Origin: the human T2T-CHM13v2.0 reference genome, Homo sapiens
Length of the DNA stretch: 64,000 nucleotides
Assembly (NCBI RefSeq): GCF_009914755.1
Contig: NC_060939.1
Reading direction: 5' to 3' (one strand)
A model generated the notes under the pieces. That model did no database searches. It had not been told where the DNA came from and saw only the letters and a list, made by a program, of their open reading frames with translations. The stretch's first letter is position 1, and every line of letters begins with the position of its first letter. Positions 1 through 13,600 of the stretch are shown one piece after another. The translations under genes were made by a program, and so were the position numbers.

Positions 1-430
1 TTCCTCTCCAGTCCATTCCGTTCAATCCATTCCATTCCAGTCCATTCCATTCGAGTCCGTTCCATTCCAGTCCATTCCATTCGAGTCAATTCCATTCCAT
101 TCGATGTCTTTCCATAACGATCCATTCCATTCTATTCCTTTCGATTCCATTCCATTCTATTTCATTCCATTCGATTCCCTTCCATTGGACTCCTTTCCAT
201 TCGAGTGCATTCCATTCCTTTCCATTTCTTTCCGTTCTGTACGATTCCTACCGTTCGATTTCATTTTGTTCCAGTCCATTCCTTTCGCGTCCATTCCATT
301 CCATTTCACTCCATTCGATTCCATTCCACTCGATTCCACTTCGTTCCATTTCATTGCATTCCATTCTATTCAACTCTATTGCCTTCCATTCCATTCCATT
401 CGATTACATTCCATGCGATTCCATTCGAAA

Positions 431-650
431 TCGAATCAATTACATTGCAATCCATTACTATTGAGTCCGTTTTATTCCAGTCCACTGCATTCTGGTCCAT
501 TCCATTTGATTCCATTCCATTCTATTCCATTCCATACAGTTGCATTCCATTGGATTCCATGCTATATCTATAAATTCAATTCGAGACCATTGCTTTTGAG
601 TCCATTCTATATGATTCCATTCCATTCAAGTCCATTACATTTGGTTCAAT
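431..650 (+). repeat. Intra-unit diverged duplicate, copy 1 (non-pentamer cassette TCGAATCAATTACA...AGACCATT.CTTTTGAGTCCATTCTAT)
   Basis: Aligns without gaps to 1396-1615 at offset 965; about 176/220 identical by hand count; rare non-consensus words are shared. Confidence 0.85.
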
Positions 651-687
651 TCCATTCCATTCCATTCCCTTCCATTCCATTCCATTT

Positions 688-693
688 GATATC
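688..693. other. EcoRV site GATATC, one per unit
   Basis: TTGATATCAATCC at 688 and at the same place in later units; destroyed (TTTATATC) at ~63253. Confidence 0.9.
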
Positions 694-850
694 AATCCAT
701 TCGATTCCATTCCATTCGAGCACATTCCATTCGAGTCCATTCCATTCGATGCCATTCCATTTGATTCTATTCCATTAGTCTCCATTCAATTCCATTAATC
801 TCCATTCCATTCCATTCTACTCCAACTGATTCCATTCCATTCTATTCCTT

Positions 851-900
851 TCCATTCCATTTCATTCCATTCCATTCCATTTCATTCCATTCCATTCCAT
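851..900 (+). repeat. 20-bp sub-repeat (TTCCATTCCATTCCATTTCA)n with variable copy number (1-3) among units
   Basis: Two TTTCA-marked copies in standard units; one copy at ~13390, 40260, 49210, 50960, 58090, 61680 and 63425; three copies at ~15165-15225 and ~25915-25975. Confidence 0.9.
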
Positions 901-1177
901 TCGTGTCCATTCCACTCCAGTCCATTCCATTCGTGTCCATTCCATTCCAGTCCATTCCATTTGTGTCCACTGCATTCCATTCCACTCCATTCCATATTAT
1001 TCCATTACACTCCATTCCATTCTATTACTTTCATTTCCATTCAATTCCATTCCATTTGATTCCATTCCACTCGGTTTCATTCCATTTGAGTCCACTCCAT
1101 TCCATTCCATTCCATTCCATTCAGTTCCATTCCATTCTGTTCCATTCCATTCCGTTCCATTACATTCCATTCCATTC

Positions 1178-1183
1178 GGTACC
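1178..1183. other. KpnI site GGTACC, one per unit (diagnostic restriction landmark)
   Basis: TTCGGTACCATT at 1178, then 2972 (+1794), and in each later unit. One unit has two sites (33415 and 33490). Confidence 0.95.
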
Positions 1184-1395
1184 ATTCCATATTGTTCCAT
1201 TCGATTCCATTCGAATCCATTCCATTCCAGTCCATTCCATTCGATTCCATTCCATTCATTTCAATTCCATTCCATTCCATTCCATTCCATTCCACTTGAT
1301 TCCTCTCCATTCCCTTCCACTGCATTCCGTTCGATTCCATTCCATTGCATTGCATTCCATTCCATTGGATTGCATTCCATTCGATTCCATTCCAT

Positions 1396-1615
1396 TCGAA
1401 TCAATTACATAGCAATCCATTACATTCGAGTCTATTCTCTTCCGTTCCATTCGATTTCATTCCAATCCATTCGATTCCATTCCATTCGATTCCATTCCAT
1501 ACTATTGCATTCCATTCGATTACATTATATTCGAATAAGTTCCATTCAAGACCATTTCTTTTGAGTCCATTCTATTTGAGTCCATTCCCTTTGATTCCAT
1601 AACATTTGAGTCCAT
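1396..1615 (+). repeat. Intra-unit diverged duplicate, copy 2
   Basis: TCGAATCAATTACATAGCAATCCATTAC, CCATAC..TTGCATT and AGACCATTTCTTTTGAGTCCATTCTAT are collinear with 431-650. Confidence 0.85.
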
Positions 1616-4600
1616 TCAATTCCATTCCTTTCGTTTCCATTCCATTTGATGCCATTCCATTCAATTCTGTTCTACTCGACTCCAATACATTCAATTCCAT
1701 TCCATCCGATTCCATTACATTCTTTTCATTTCTTATCCATTTCAAGCCATTCCACTCCATTCCATTCCACTCGTTTCCTTTCCATTCGAGTCCATTCCTC
1801 TCCAGTCCATTCCGTTCAATCCATTCCATTCCAGTCCATTCCATTCGAGTCCGTTCCATTCCAGTCCATTCCATTCGAGTCAATTCCATTCCATTCGATG
1901 TCTTTCCATAACGATCCATTCCATTCTATTCCTTTCGATTCCATTCCATTCTATTTCATTCCATTCGATTCCCTTCCATTGGACTCCTTTCCATTCGAGT
2001 GCATTCCATTCCTTTCCATTTCTTTCCGTTCTGTACGATTCCTACCGTTCGATTTCATTTTGTTCCAGTCCATTCCTTTCGCGTCCATTCCATTCCATTT
2101 CACTCCATTCGATTCCATTCCACTCGATTCCACTTCGTTCCATTTCATTGCATTCCATTCTATTCAACTCTATTGCCTTCCATTCCATTCCATTCGATTA
2201 CATTCCATGCGATTCCATTCGAAATCGAATCAATTACATTGCAATCCATTACTATTGAGTCCGTTTTATTCCAGTCCACTGCATTCTGGTCCATTCCATT
2301 TGATTCCATTCCATTCTATTCCATTCCATACAGTTGCATTCCATTGGATTCCATGCTATATCTATAAATTCAATTCGAGACGATTGCTTTTGAGTCCATT
2401 CTATATGATTCCATTCCATTCAAGTCCATTACATTTGGTTCAATTCCATTCCATTCCATTCCCTTCCATTCCATTCCATTTGATATCAATCCATTCGATT
2501 CCATTCCATTCGAGCACATTCCATTCGAGTCCATTCCATTCGATGCCATTCCATTTGATTCTATTCCATTAGTCTCCATTCAATTCCATTAATCTCCATT
2601 CCATTCCATTCTACTCCAACTGATTCCATTCCATTCTATTCCTTTCCATTCCATTTCATTCCATTCCATTCCATTTCATTCCATTCCATTCCATTCGTGT
2701 CCATTCCACTCCAGTCCATTCCATTCGTGTCCATTCCATTCCAGTCCATTCCATTTGTGTCCACTGCATTCCATTCCACTCCATTCCATATTATTCCATT
2801 ACACTCCATTCCATTCTATTACTTTCATTTCCATTCAATTCCATTCCATTTGATTCCATTCCACTCGGTTTCATTCCATTTGAGTCCACTCCATTCCATT
2901 CCATTCCATTCCATTCAGTTCCATTCCATTCTGTTCCATTCCATTCCGTTCCATTACATTCCATTCCATTCGGTACCATTCCATATTGTTCCATTCGATT
3001 CCATTCGAATCCATTCCATTCCAGTCCATTCCATTCGATTCCATTCCATTGATTTCAATTCCATTCCATTCCATTCCATTACATTCCACTTGATTCCTCT
3101 CCATTCCCTTCCACTGCATTCCGTTCGATTCCATTCCATTGCATTGCATTCCATTCCATTGGATTGCATTCCATTCGATTCCATTCCATTCGAATCAATT
3201 ACATAGCAATCCATTACATTCGAGTCTATTCTCTTCCGTTCCATTCGATTTCGTTCCAATCCATTCGATTCCATTCCATTCGATTCCATTCCATACTATT
3301 GCATTCCATTCGATTACATTATATTCGAATAAGTTCCATTCAAGACCATTTCTTTTGAGTCCATTCTATTTGAGTCCATTCCCTTTGATTCCATAACATT
3401 TGAGTCCATTCAATTCCATTCCTTTCGTTTCCATTCCATTTGATGCCATTCCATTCAATTCTGTTCTACTCGACTCCAATACATTCAATTCCATTCCATC
3501 CGATTCCATTACATTCTTTTCATTTCTTATCCATTTCAAGCCATTCCACTCCATTCCATTCCACTCGTTTCCTTTCCATTCGAGTCCATTCCTCTCCAGT
3601 CCATTCCGTTCAATCCATTCCATTCCAGTCCATTCCATTCGAGTCCGTTCCATTCCAGTCCATTCCATTCGAGTCAATTCCATTCCATTCGATGTCTTTC
3701 CATAACGATCCATTCCATTCTATTCCTTTCGATTCCATTCCATTCTATTTCATTCCATTCGATTCCCTTCCATTGGACTCCTTTCCATTCGAGTGCATTC
3801 CATTCCGTTCCATTTCTTTCCGTTCTGTACGATTCCTACCGTTCGATTTCATTTTGTTCCAGTCCATTCCTTTCGCGTCCATTCCATTCCATTTCACTCC
3901 ATTCGATTCCATTCCACTCGATTCCACTTCGTTCCATTTCATTGCATTCCATTCTATTCAACTCTATTGCCTTCCATTCCATTCCATTCGATTACATTCC
4001 ATGCGATTCCATTCGAAATCGAATCAATTACATTGCAATCCATTACTATTGAGTCCGTTTTATTCCAGTCCACTGCATTCTGGTCCATTCCATTTGATTC
4101 CATTCCATTCTATTCCATTCCATACAGTTGCATTCCATTGGATTCCATGCTATATCTATGAATTCAATTCGAGACCATTGCTTTTGAGTCCATTCTATAT
4201 GATTCCATTCCATTCAAGTCCATTACATTTGGTTCAATTCCATTCCATTCCATTCCCTTCCATTCCATTCCATTTGATATCAATCCATTCGATTCCATTC
4301 CATTCGAGCACATTCCATTCGAGTCCATTCCATTCGATGCCATTCCATTTGATTCTATTCCATTAGTCTCCATTCAATTCCATTAATCTCCATTCCATTC
4401 CATTCTACTCCAACTGATTCCATTCCATTCTATTCCTTTCCATTCCATTTCATTCCATTCCATTCCATTTCATTCCATTCCATTCCATTCGTGTCCATTC
4501 CACTCCAGTCCATTCCATTCGTGTCCATTCCATTCCAGTCCATTCCATTTGTGTCCACTGCATTCCATTCCACTCCATTCCATATTATTCCATTACACTC

Positions 4601-7600
4601 CATTCCATTCTATTACTTTCATTTCCATTCAATTCCATTCCATTTGATTCCATTCCACTCGGTTTCATTCCATTTGAGTCCACTCCATTCCATTCCATTC
4701 CATTCCATTCAGTTCCATTCCATTCTGTTCCATTCCATTCCGTTCCATTACATTCCATTCCATTCGGTACCATTCCATATTGTTCCATTCGATTCCATTC
4801 GAATCCATTCCATTCCAGTCCATTCCATTCGATTCCATTCCATTCATTTCAATTCCATTCCATTCCATTCCATTACATTCCACTTGATTCCTCTCCATTC
4901 CCTTCCACTGCATTCCGTTCGATTCCATTCCATTGCATTGCATTCCATTCCATTGGATTGCATTCCATTCGATTCCATTCCATTCGAATCAATTACATAG
5001 CAATCCATTACATTCGAGTCTATTCTCTTCCGTTCCATTCGATTTCGTTCCAATCCATTCGATTCCATTCCATTCGATTCCATTCCATACTATTGCATTC
5101 CATTCGATTACATTATATTCGAATAAGTTCCATTCAAGACCATTTCTTTTGAGTCCATTCTATTTGAGTCCATTCCCTTTGATTCCATAACATTTGAGTC
5201 CATTCAATTCCATTCCTTTCGTTTCCATTCCATTTGATGCCATTCCATTCAATTCTGTTCTACTCGACTCCAATACATTCAATTCCATTCCATCCGATTC
5301 CATTACATTCTTTTCATTTCTTATCCATTTCAAGCCATTCCACTCCATTCCATTCCACTCGTTTCCTTTCCATTCGAGTCCATTCCTCTCCAGTCCATTC
5401 CGTTCAATCCATTCCATTCCAGTCCATTCCATTCGAGTCCGTTCCATTCCAGTCCATTCCATTCGAGTCAATTCCATCCCATTCGATGTCTTTCCATAAC
5501 GATCCATTCCATTCTATTCCTTTCGATTCCATTCCATTCTATTTCATTCCATTCGATTCCCTTCCATTGGACTCCTTTCCATTCGAGTGCATTCCATTCC
5601 GTTCCATTTCTTTCCGTTCTGTACGATTCCTACCGTTCGATTTCATTTTGTTCCAGTCCATTCCTTTCGCGTCCATTCCATTCCATTTCACTCCATTCGA
5701 TTCCATTCCACTCGATTCCACTTCGTTCCATTTCATTGCATTCCATTCTATTCAACTCTATTGCCTTCCATTCCATTCCATTCGATTACATTCCATGCGA
5801 TTCCATTCGAAATCGAATCAATTACATTGCAATCCATTACTATTGAGTCCGTTTTATTCCAGTCCACTGCATTCTGGTCCATTCCATTTGATTCCATTCC
5901 ATTCTATTCCATTCCATACAGTTGCATTCCATTGGATTCCATGCTATATCTATAAATTCAATTCGAGACCATTGCTTTTGAGTCCATTCTATATGATTCC
6001 ATTCCATTCAAGTCCATTACATTTGGTTCAATTCCATTCCATTCCATTCCCTTCCATTCCATTCCATTTGATATCAATCCATTCGATTCCATTCCATTCG
6101 AGCACATTCCATTCGAGTCCATTCCATTCGATGCCATTCCATTTGATTCTATTCCATTAGTCTCCATTCAATTCCATTAATCTCCATTCCATTCCATTCT
6201 ACTCCAACTGATTCCATTCCATTCTATTCCTTTCCATTCCATTTCATTCCATTCCATTCCATTTCATTCCATTCCATTCCATTCGTGTCCATTCCACTCC
6301 AGTCCATTCCATTCGTGTCCATTCCATTCCAGTCCATTCCATTTGTGTCCACTGCATTCCATTCCACTCCATTCCATATTATTCCATTACACTCCATTCC
6401 ATTCTATTACTTTCATTTCCATTCAATTCCATTCCATTTGATTCCATTCCACTCGGTTTCATTCCATTTGAGTCCACTCCATTCCATTCCATTCCATTCC
6501 ATTCAGTTCCATTCCATTCTGTTCCATTCCATTCCGTTCCATTACATTCCATTCCATTCGGTACCATTCCATATTGTTCCATTCGATTCCATTCGAATCC
6601 ATTCCATTCCAGTCCATTCCATTCGATTCCATTCCATTCATTTCAATTCCATTCCATTCCATTCCATTACATTCCACTTGATTCCTCTCCATTCCCTTCC
6701 ACTGCATTCCGTTCGATTCCATTCCATTGCATTGCATTCCATTCCATTGGATTGCATTCCATTCGATTCCATTCCATTCGAATCAATTACATAGCAATCC
6801 ATTACATTCGAGTCTATTCTCTTCCGTTCCATTCGATTTCGTTCCAATCCATTCGATTCCATTCCATTCGATTCCATTCCATACTATTGCATTCCATTCG
6901 ATTACATTATATTCGAATAAGTTCCATTCAAGACCATTTCTTTTGAGTCCATTCTATTTGAGTCCATTCCCTTTGATTCCATAACATTTGAGTCCATTCA
7001 ATTCCATTCCTTTCGTTTCCATTCCATTTGATGCCATTCCATTCAATTCTGTTCTACTCGACTCCAATACATTCAATTCCATTCCATCCGATTCCATTAC
7101 ATTCTTTTCATTTCTTATCCATTTCAAGCCATTCCACTCCATTCCATTCCACTCGTTTCCTTTCCATTCGAGTCCATTCCTCTCCAGTCCATTCCGTTCA
7201 ATCCATTCCATTCCAGTCCATTCCATTCGAGTCCGTTCCATTCCAGTCCATTCCATTCGAGTCAATTCCATTCCATTCGATGTCTTTCCATAACGATCCA
7301 TTCCATTCTATTCCTTTCGATTCCATTCCATTCTATTTCATTCCATTCGATTCCCTTCCATTGGACTCCTTTCCATTCGAGTGCATTCCATTCCGTTCCA
7401 TTTCTTTCCGTTCTGTACGATTCCTACCGTTCGATTTCATTTTGTTCCAGTCCATTCCTTTCGCGTCCATTCCATTCCATTTCACTCCATTCGATTCCAT
7501 TCCACTCGATTCCACTTCGTTCCATTTCATTGCATTCCATTCTATTCAACTCTATTGCCTTCCATTCCATTCCATTCGATTACATTCCATGCGATTCCAT

Positions 7601-10600
7601 TCGAAATCGAATCAATTACATTGCAATCCATTACTATTGAGTCCGTTTTATTCCAGTCCACTGCATTCTGGTCCATTCCATTTGATTCCATTCCATTCTA
7701 TTCCATTCCATACAGTTGCATTCCATTGGATTCCATGCTATATCTATAAATTCAATTCGAGACCATTGCTTTTGAGTCCATTCTATATGATTCCATTCCA
7801 TTCAAGTCCATTACATTTGGTTCAATTCCATTCCATTCCATTCCCTTCCATTCCATTCCATTTGATATCAATCCATTCGATTCCATTCCATTCGAGCACA
7901 TTCCATTCGAGTCCATTCCATTCGATGCCATTCCATTTGATTCTATTCCATTAGTCTCCATTCAATTCCATTAATCTCCATTCCATTCCATTCTACTCCA
8001 ACTGATTCCATTCCATTCTATTCCTTTCCATTCCATTTCATTCCATTCCATTCCATTTCATTCCATTCCATTCCATTCGTGTCCATTCCACTCCAGTCCA
8101 TTCCATTCGTGTCCATTCCATTCCAGTCCATTCCATTTGTGTCCACTGCATTCCATTCCACTCCATTCCATATTATTCCATTACACTCCATTCCATTCTA
8201 TTACTTTCATTTCCATTCAATTCCATTCCATTTGATTCCATTCCACTCGGTTTCATTCCATTTGAGTCCACTCCATTCCATTCCATTCCATTCCATTCAG
8301 TTCCATTCCATTCTGTTCCATTCCATTCCGTTCCATTACATTCCATTCCATTCGGTACCATTCCATATTGTTCCATTCGATTCCATTCGAATCCATTCCA
8401 TTCCAGTCCATTCCATTCGATTCCATTCCATTCATTTCAATTCCATTCCATTCCATTCCATTACATTCCACTTGATTCCTCTCCATTCCCTTCCACTGCA
8501 TTCCGTTCGATTCCATTCCATTGCATTGCATTCCATTCCATTGGATTGCATTCCATTCGATTCCATTCCATTCGAATCAATTACATAGCAATCCATTACA
8601 TTCGAGTCTATTCTCTTCCGTTCCATTCGATTTCGTTCCAATCCATTCGATTCCATTCCATTCGATTCCATTCCATACTATTGCATTCCATTCGATTACA
8701 TTATATTCGAATAAGTTCCATTCAAGACCATTTCTTTTGAGTCCATTCTATTTGAGTCCATTCCCTTTGATTCCATAACATTTGAGTCCATTCAATTCCA
8801 TTCCTTTCGTTTCCATTCCATTTGATGCCATTCCATTCAATTCTGTTCTACTCGACTCCAATACATTCAATTCCATTCCATCCGATTCCATTACATTCTT
8901 TTCATTTCTTATCCATTTCAAGCCATTCCACTCCATTCCATTCCACTCGTTTCCTTTCCATTCGAGTCCATTCCTCTCCAGTCCATTCCGTTCAATCCAT
9001 TCCATTCCAGTCCATTCCATTCGAGTCCGTTCCATTCCAGTCCATTCCATTCGAGTCAATTCCATTCCATTCGATGTCTTTCCATAACGATCCATTCCAT
9101 TCTATTCCTTTCGATTCCATTCCATTCTATTTCATTCCATTCGATTCCCTTCCATTGGACTCCTTTCCATTCGAGTGCATTCCATTCCGTTCCATTTCTT
9201 TCCGTTCTGTACGATTCCTACCGTTCGATTTCATTTTGTTCCAGTCCATTCCTTTCGCGTCCATTCCATTCCATTTCACTCCATTCGATTCCATTCCATT
9301 CGATTCCATTCTACTCGATTCCACTTCGTTCCATTTCATTGCATTCCATTCTATTCAACTCTATTGCCTTCCATTCCATTCCATTCGATTACATTCCATG
9401 CGATTCCATTCGAAATCGAATCAATTACATTGAAATTCATTACTATTTAGTCCGTTTTATTCCAGTCCACTGCATTCTGGTCCATTCCATTTGATTCCAT
9501 TCCATTCTATTCCATTCCATACAGTTGCATTCCATTGGATTCCATGCTATATCTATAAATTCAATTCGAGACCATTGCTTTTGAGTCCATTCTATATGAT
9601 TCCATTCCATTCAAGTCCATTACATTTGGTTCAATTCCATTCCATTCCATTCCCTTCCATTCCATTCCATTTGATATCAATCCATTCAATTCCATTCCAT
9701 TCGAGCACATTCCATTCGAGTCCATTCCATTCGATGCCATTCCATTTGATTCTATTCCATTAGTCTCCATTCAATTCCATTAATCTCCATTCCATTCCAT
9801 TCTACTCCAACTGATTCCATTCCATTCTATTCCTTTCCATTCCATTTCATTCCATTCCATTCCATTTCATTCCATTCCATTCCATTCGTGTCCATTCCAC
9901 TCCAGTCCATTCCATTCGTGTCCATTCCATTCCAGTCCATTCCATTTGTGTCCACTGCATTCCATTCCACTCCATTCCATATTATTCCATTACACTCCAT
10001 TCCATTCTATTACTTTAATTTCCATTCAATTCCATTCCATTTGATTCCATTCCACTCGGTTTCATTCCATTTGAGTCCACTCCATTCCATTCCATTCCAT
10101 TCCATTCAGTTCCATTCCATTCTGTTCCATTCCATTCCATTCCATTCGGTACCATTCCATAGTGTTCCATTCGATTCCATTCGAATCCATTCCATTCCAG
10201 TCCTTTCCATTCGATTCCATTCCATTCATTTCAATTCCATTCCATTCCATTCCATTCCATTCCACTTGATTCCTCTCCATTCCCTTCCACTGCATTCCGT
10301 TCGATTCCATTCCATTGCATTGCATTCCATTCCATTGGATTGCATTCCATTCGATTCCATTCCATTCGAATCAATTACATAGCAATCCATTACATTCGAG
10401 TCTATTCTCTTCCGTTCCATTCGATTTCGTTCCAATCCATTCGATTCCATTCCATTCGATTCCATTCCATACTATTGCATTCCATTCGATTAAATTATAT
10501 TCGAATAAGTTCCATTCAAGACCATTTCTTTTGAGTCCATTCTATTTGAGTCCATTCCCTTTGATTCCATAACATTTGAGTCCATTCAATTCCATTCCTT

Positions 10601-13600
10601 TCGTTTCCATTCCATTTGATGCCATTCCATTCAATTCTGTTCTACTCGACTCCAATACATTCAATTCCATTCCATCCGATTCCATTACATTCTTTTCATT
10701 TCTTATCCATTTCAAGCCATTCCACTCCATTCCATTCCACTCGTTTCCTTTCCATTCGAGTCCATTCCTCTCCAGTCCATTCCGTTCAATCCATTCCATT
10801 CCAGTCCATTCCATTCGAGTCCGTTCCATTCCATTCGATGTCTTTCCATAACGATCCATTCCATTCTATTCCTTTCGATTCCATTCCATTCTATTTCATT
10901 CCATTCGATTCCCTTCCATTGGACTCCTTTCCATTCGAGTGCATTCCATTCCGTTCCATTTCTTTCCATTCTGTACGATTCCTACCGTTCGATTTCATTT
11001 TGTTCCAGTCCATTCCTTTCGCGTCCATTCCATTCCATTTCACTCCATTCGATTCCATTCCACTCGATTCCACTTTGTTCCATTTCATTGCATTCCATTC
11101 TATTCAACTCTATTGCCCTCCATTCCATTCCATTCGATTACATTCCATGAGATTCCATTCGAAATCGAATCAATTACATTGCAATCCATTACTATTGAGT
11201 CCGTTTTATTCCAGTCCACTGCATTCTGGTCCATTCCATTTGATTCCATTCCATTCTATTCCATTCCATACAGTTGCATTCCATTGGATTCCATTCTATA
11301 TCTATAAATTCAATTCGAGACCATTGCTTTTGAGTCCATTCTATATGATTCCATTCCATTCAAGTACATTACATTTGGTTCAATTCCATTCCATTCCATT
11401 CCATTCCCTTCCATTCCATTCCAGTTGATATCAATCCATTCGATTCCATTCCATTCGAGCACATACCATTCGAGTCCATTCCATTCGATGCCATTCCATT
11501 TGATTCTATTCCATTAGTCTCCATTCAATTCCATTAATCTCCATTCCATTCCATTCTACTCCAACTGATTCCATTCCATTCTATTCCTTTCCATTCCATT
11601 TCATTCCATTCTATTCCATTTCATTCCATTCCATTCCATTCGTGTCCATTCCACTCCAGTCCATTCCATTCGTGTCCATTCCATTCCAGTCCATTCCATT
11701 TGTGTCCACTGCATTCCATTCCACTCCATTCCATATTATTCCATTACACTCCATTCCATTCTATTACTTTCATTTCCATTCAATTCCATTCCATTTGATT
11801 CCATTCCACTCGGTTTCATTCCATTTGAGTCCACTCCATTCCATTCCATTCCATTCCATTCAGTTCCATTCCATTCTGTTCCATTCCATTCCGTTCCATT
11901 ACATTCCATTCCATTCGGTACCATTCCATATTGTTCCATTCGATTCCATTCGAATCCATTCCATTCCAGTCCATTCCATTCGATTCCATTCCATTCATTT
12001 CAATTCCATTCCATTCCATTACATTCCATTCCACTTGATTCCTCTCCATTCCCTTCCACTGCATTCCGTTCGATTCCATTCCATTGCATTGCATTCCATT
12101 CCATTGGATTGCATTCCATTCGATTCCATTCCATTCGAATCAATTACATAGCAATCCATTACATTCCAGTCTATTCTATTCCGTTCCATTCGATTTCGTT
12201 CCAATCCATTCGATTCCATTCCATTCGATTCCATTCCATACTATTGCATTCCATTCGATTACATTATATTCGAATAAGTTCCATTCAAGACCATTTCTTT
12301 TGAGTCCATTCTATTTGAGTCCATTCCCTTTGATTCCATAACATTTGAGTCCATTCAATTCCATTCCTTTCGTTTCCATTCCATTTGATGCCATTCCATT
12401 CAATTCTGTTCTACTCGACTCCAATACATTCAATTCCATTCCATCCGATTCCATTACATTCTTTTCATTTCTTATCCATTTCAAGCCATTCCACTCCATT
12501 CCATTCCACTCGTTTCCTTTCCATTCGAGTCCATTCCTCTCCAGTCCATTCCGTTCAATCCATTCCATTCCAGTCCATTCCATTCGAGTCCGTTCCATTC
12601 CAGTCCATTCCATTCGAGTCAATTCCATCCCATTCGATGTCTTTCCATAACGATCCATTCCATTCTATTCCTTTCGATTCCATTCCATTCTATTTCATTC
12701 CATTCGATTCCCTTCCATTGGACTCCTTTCCATTCGAGTGCATTCCATTCCGTTCCATTTCTTTCCGTTCTGTACGATTCCTACCGTTCGATTTCATTTT
12801 GTTCCAGTCCATTCCTTTCGCGTCCATTCCATTCCATTTCACTCCATTCGATTCCATTCCACTCGATTCCACTTCGTTCCATTTCATTGCATTCCATTCT
12901 ATTCAACTCTATTGCCTTCCATTCCATTCCATTCGATTACATTCCATGCGATTCCATTCGAAATCGAATCAATTACATTGCAATCCATTACTATTGAGTC
13001 CGTTTTATTCCAGTCCACTGCATTCTGGTCCATTCCATTTGATTCCATTCCATTCTATTCCATTCCATACAGTTGCATTCCATTGGATTCCATGCTATAT
13101 CTATAAATTCAATTCGAGACCATTGCTTTTGAGTCCATTCTATATGATTCCATTCCATTCAAGTCCATTACATTTGGTTCAATTCCATTCCATTCCATTC
13201 CCTTCCATTCCATTCCATTTGATATCAATCCATTCGATTCCATTCCATTCGAGCACATTCCATTCGAGTCCATTCCATTCGATGCCATTCCATTTGATTC
13301 TATTCCATTAGTCTCCATTCTATTCCATTAATCTCCATTCCATTCCATTCTACTCCAACTGATTCCATTTCATTCTATTCCTTTCCATTCCATTTCATTC
13401 CATTCCATTCCATTCGTGTCCATTCCACTCCAGTCCATTCCATTCGTGTCCATTCCATTCCAGTCCATTACATTTGTGTCCACTGCATTCCATTCCACTC
13501 CATTCCATATTATTCCATTACACTCCATTCCATTCTATTACTTTCATTTCCATTCAATTCCATTCCATTTGATTCCATTCCACTCGGTTTCATTCCATTT

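Larger units (their letters stand above)
1..1794 (+). repeat. Reference copy of the 1794-bp unit
   Basis: TTCCTCTCCAGTCCATTCCGTTCAATCC at position 1 recurs at 1795, 3589, 5383, 7177 and 8971 (exact 1794 spacing). Confidence 0.97.

Noticed and set aside
424-445. TTCGAAATCGAATCAATTA as a heat-shock element or DUX4 site
   Set aside because: The nGAAn units are not in the inverted nTTCnnGAAn spacing, and the DUX4-like word has two mismatches to TAAYYYAATCA; too weak to call.
1572-1919. Minus-strand MEWNG-repeat ORFs
   Set aside because: Direct translation of (GGAAT)n, a well-known spurious-protein signature of satellite II/III; no domain or coding evidence.
1646-2572. Recurrent 308-aa (+) ORF and the other IPFHS-rich ORFs
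   Set aside because: (ATTCC)n has no stop codon in any frame and translates as IPFHS repeats. The ORFs recur only because the unit recurs, often begin at non-ATG codons, and are freely broken by stops and +5 frameshifts in variant units.
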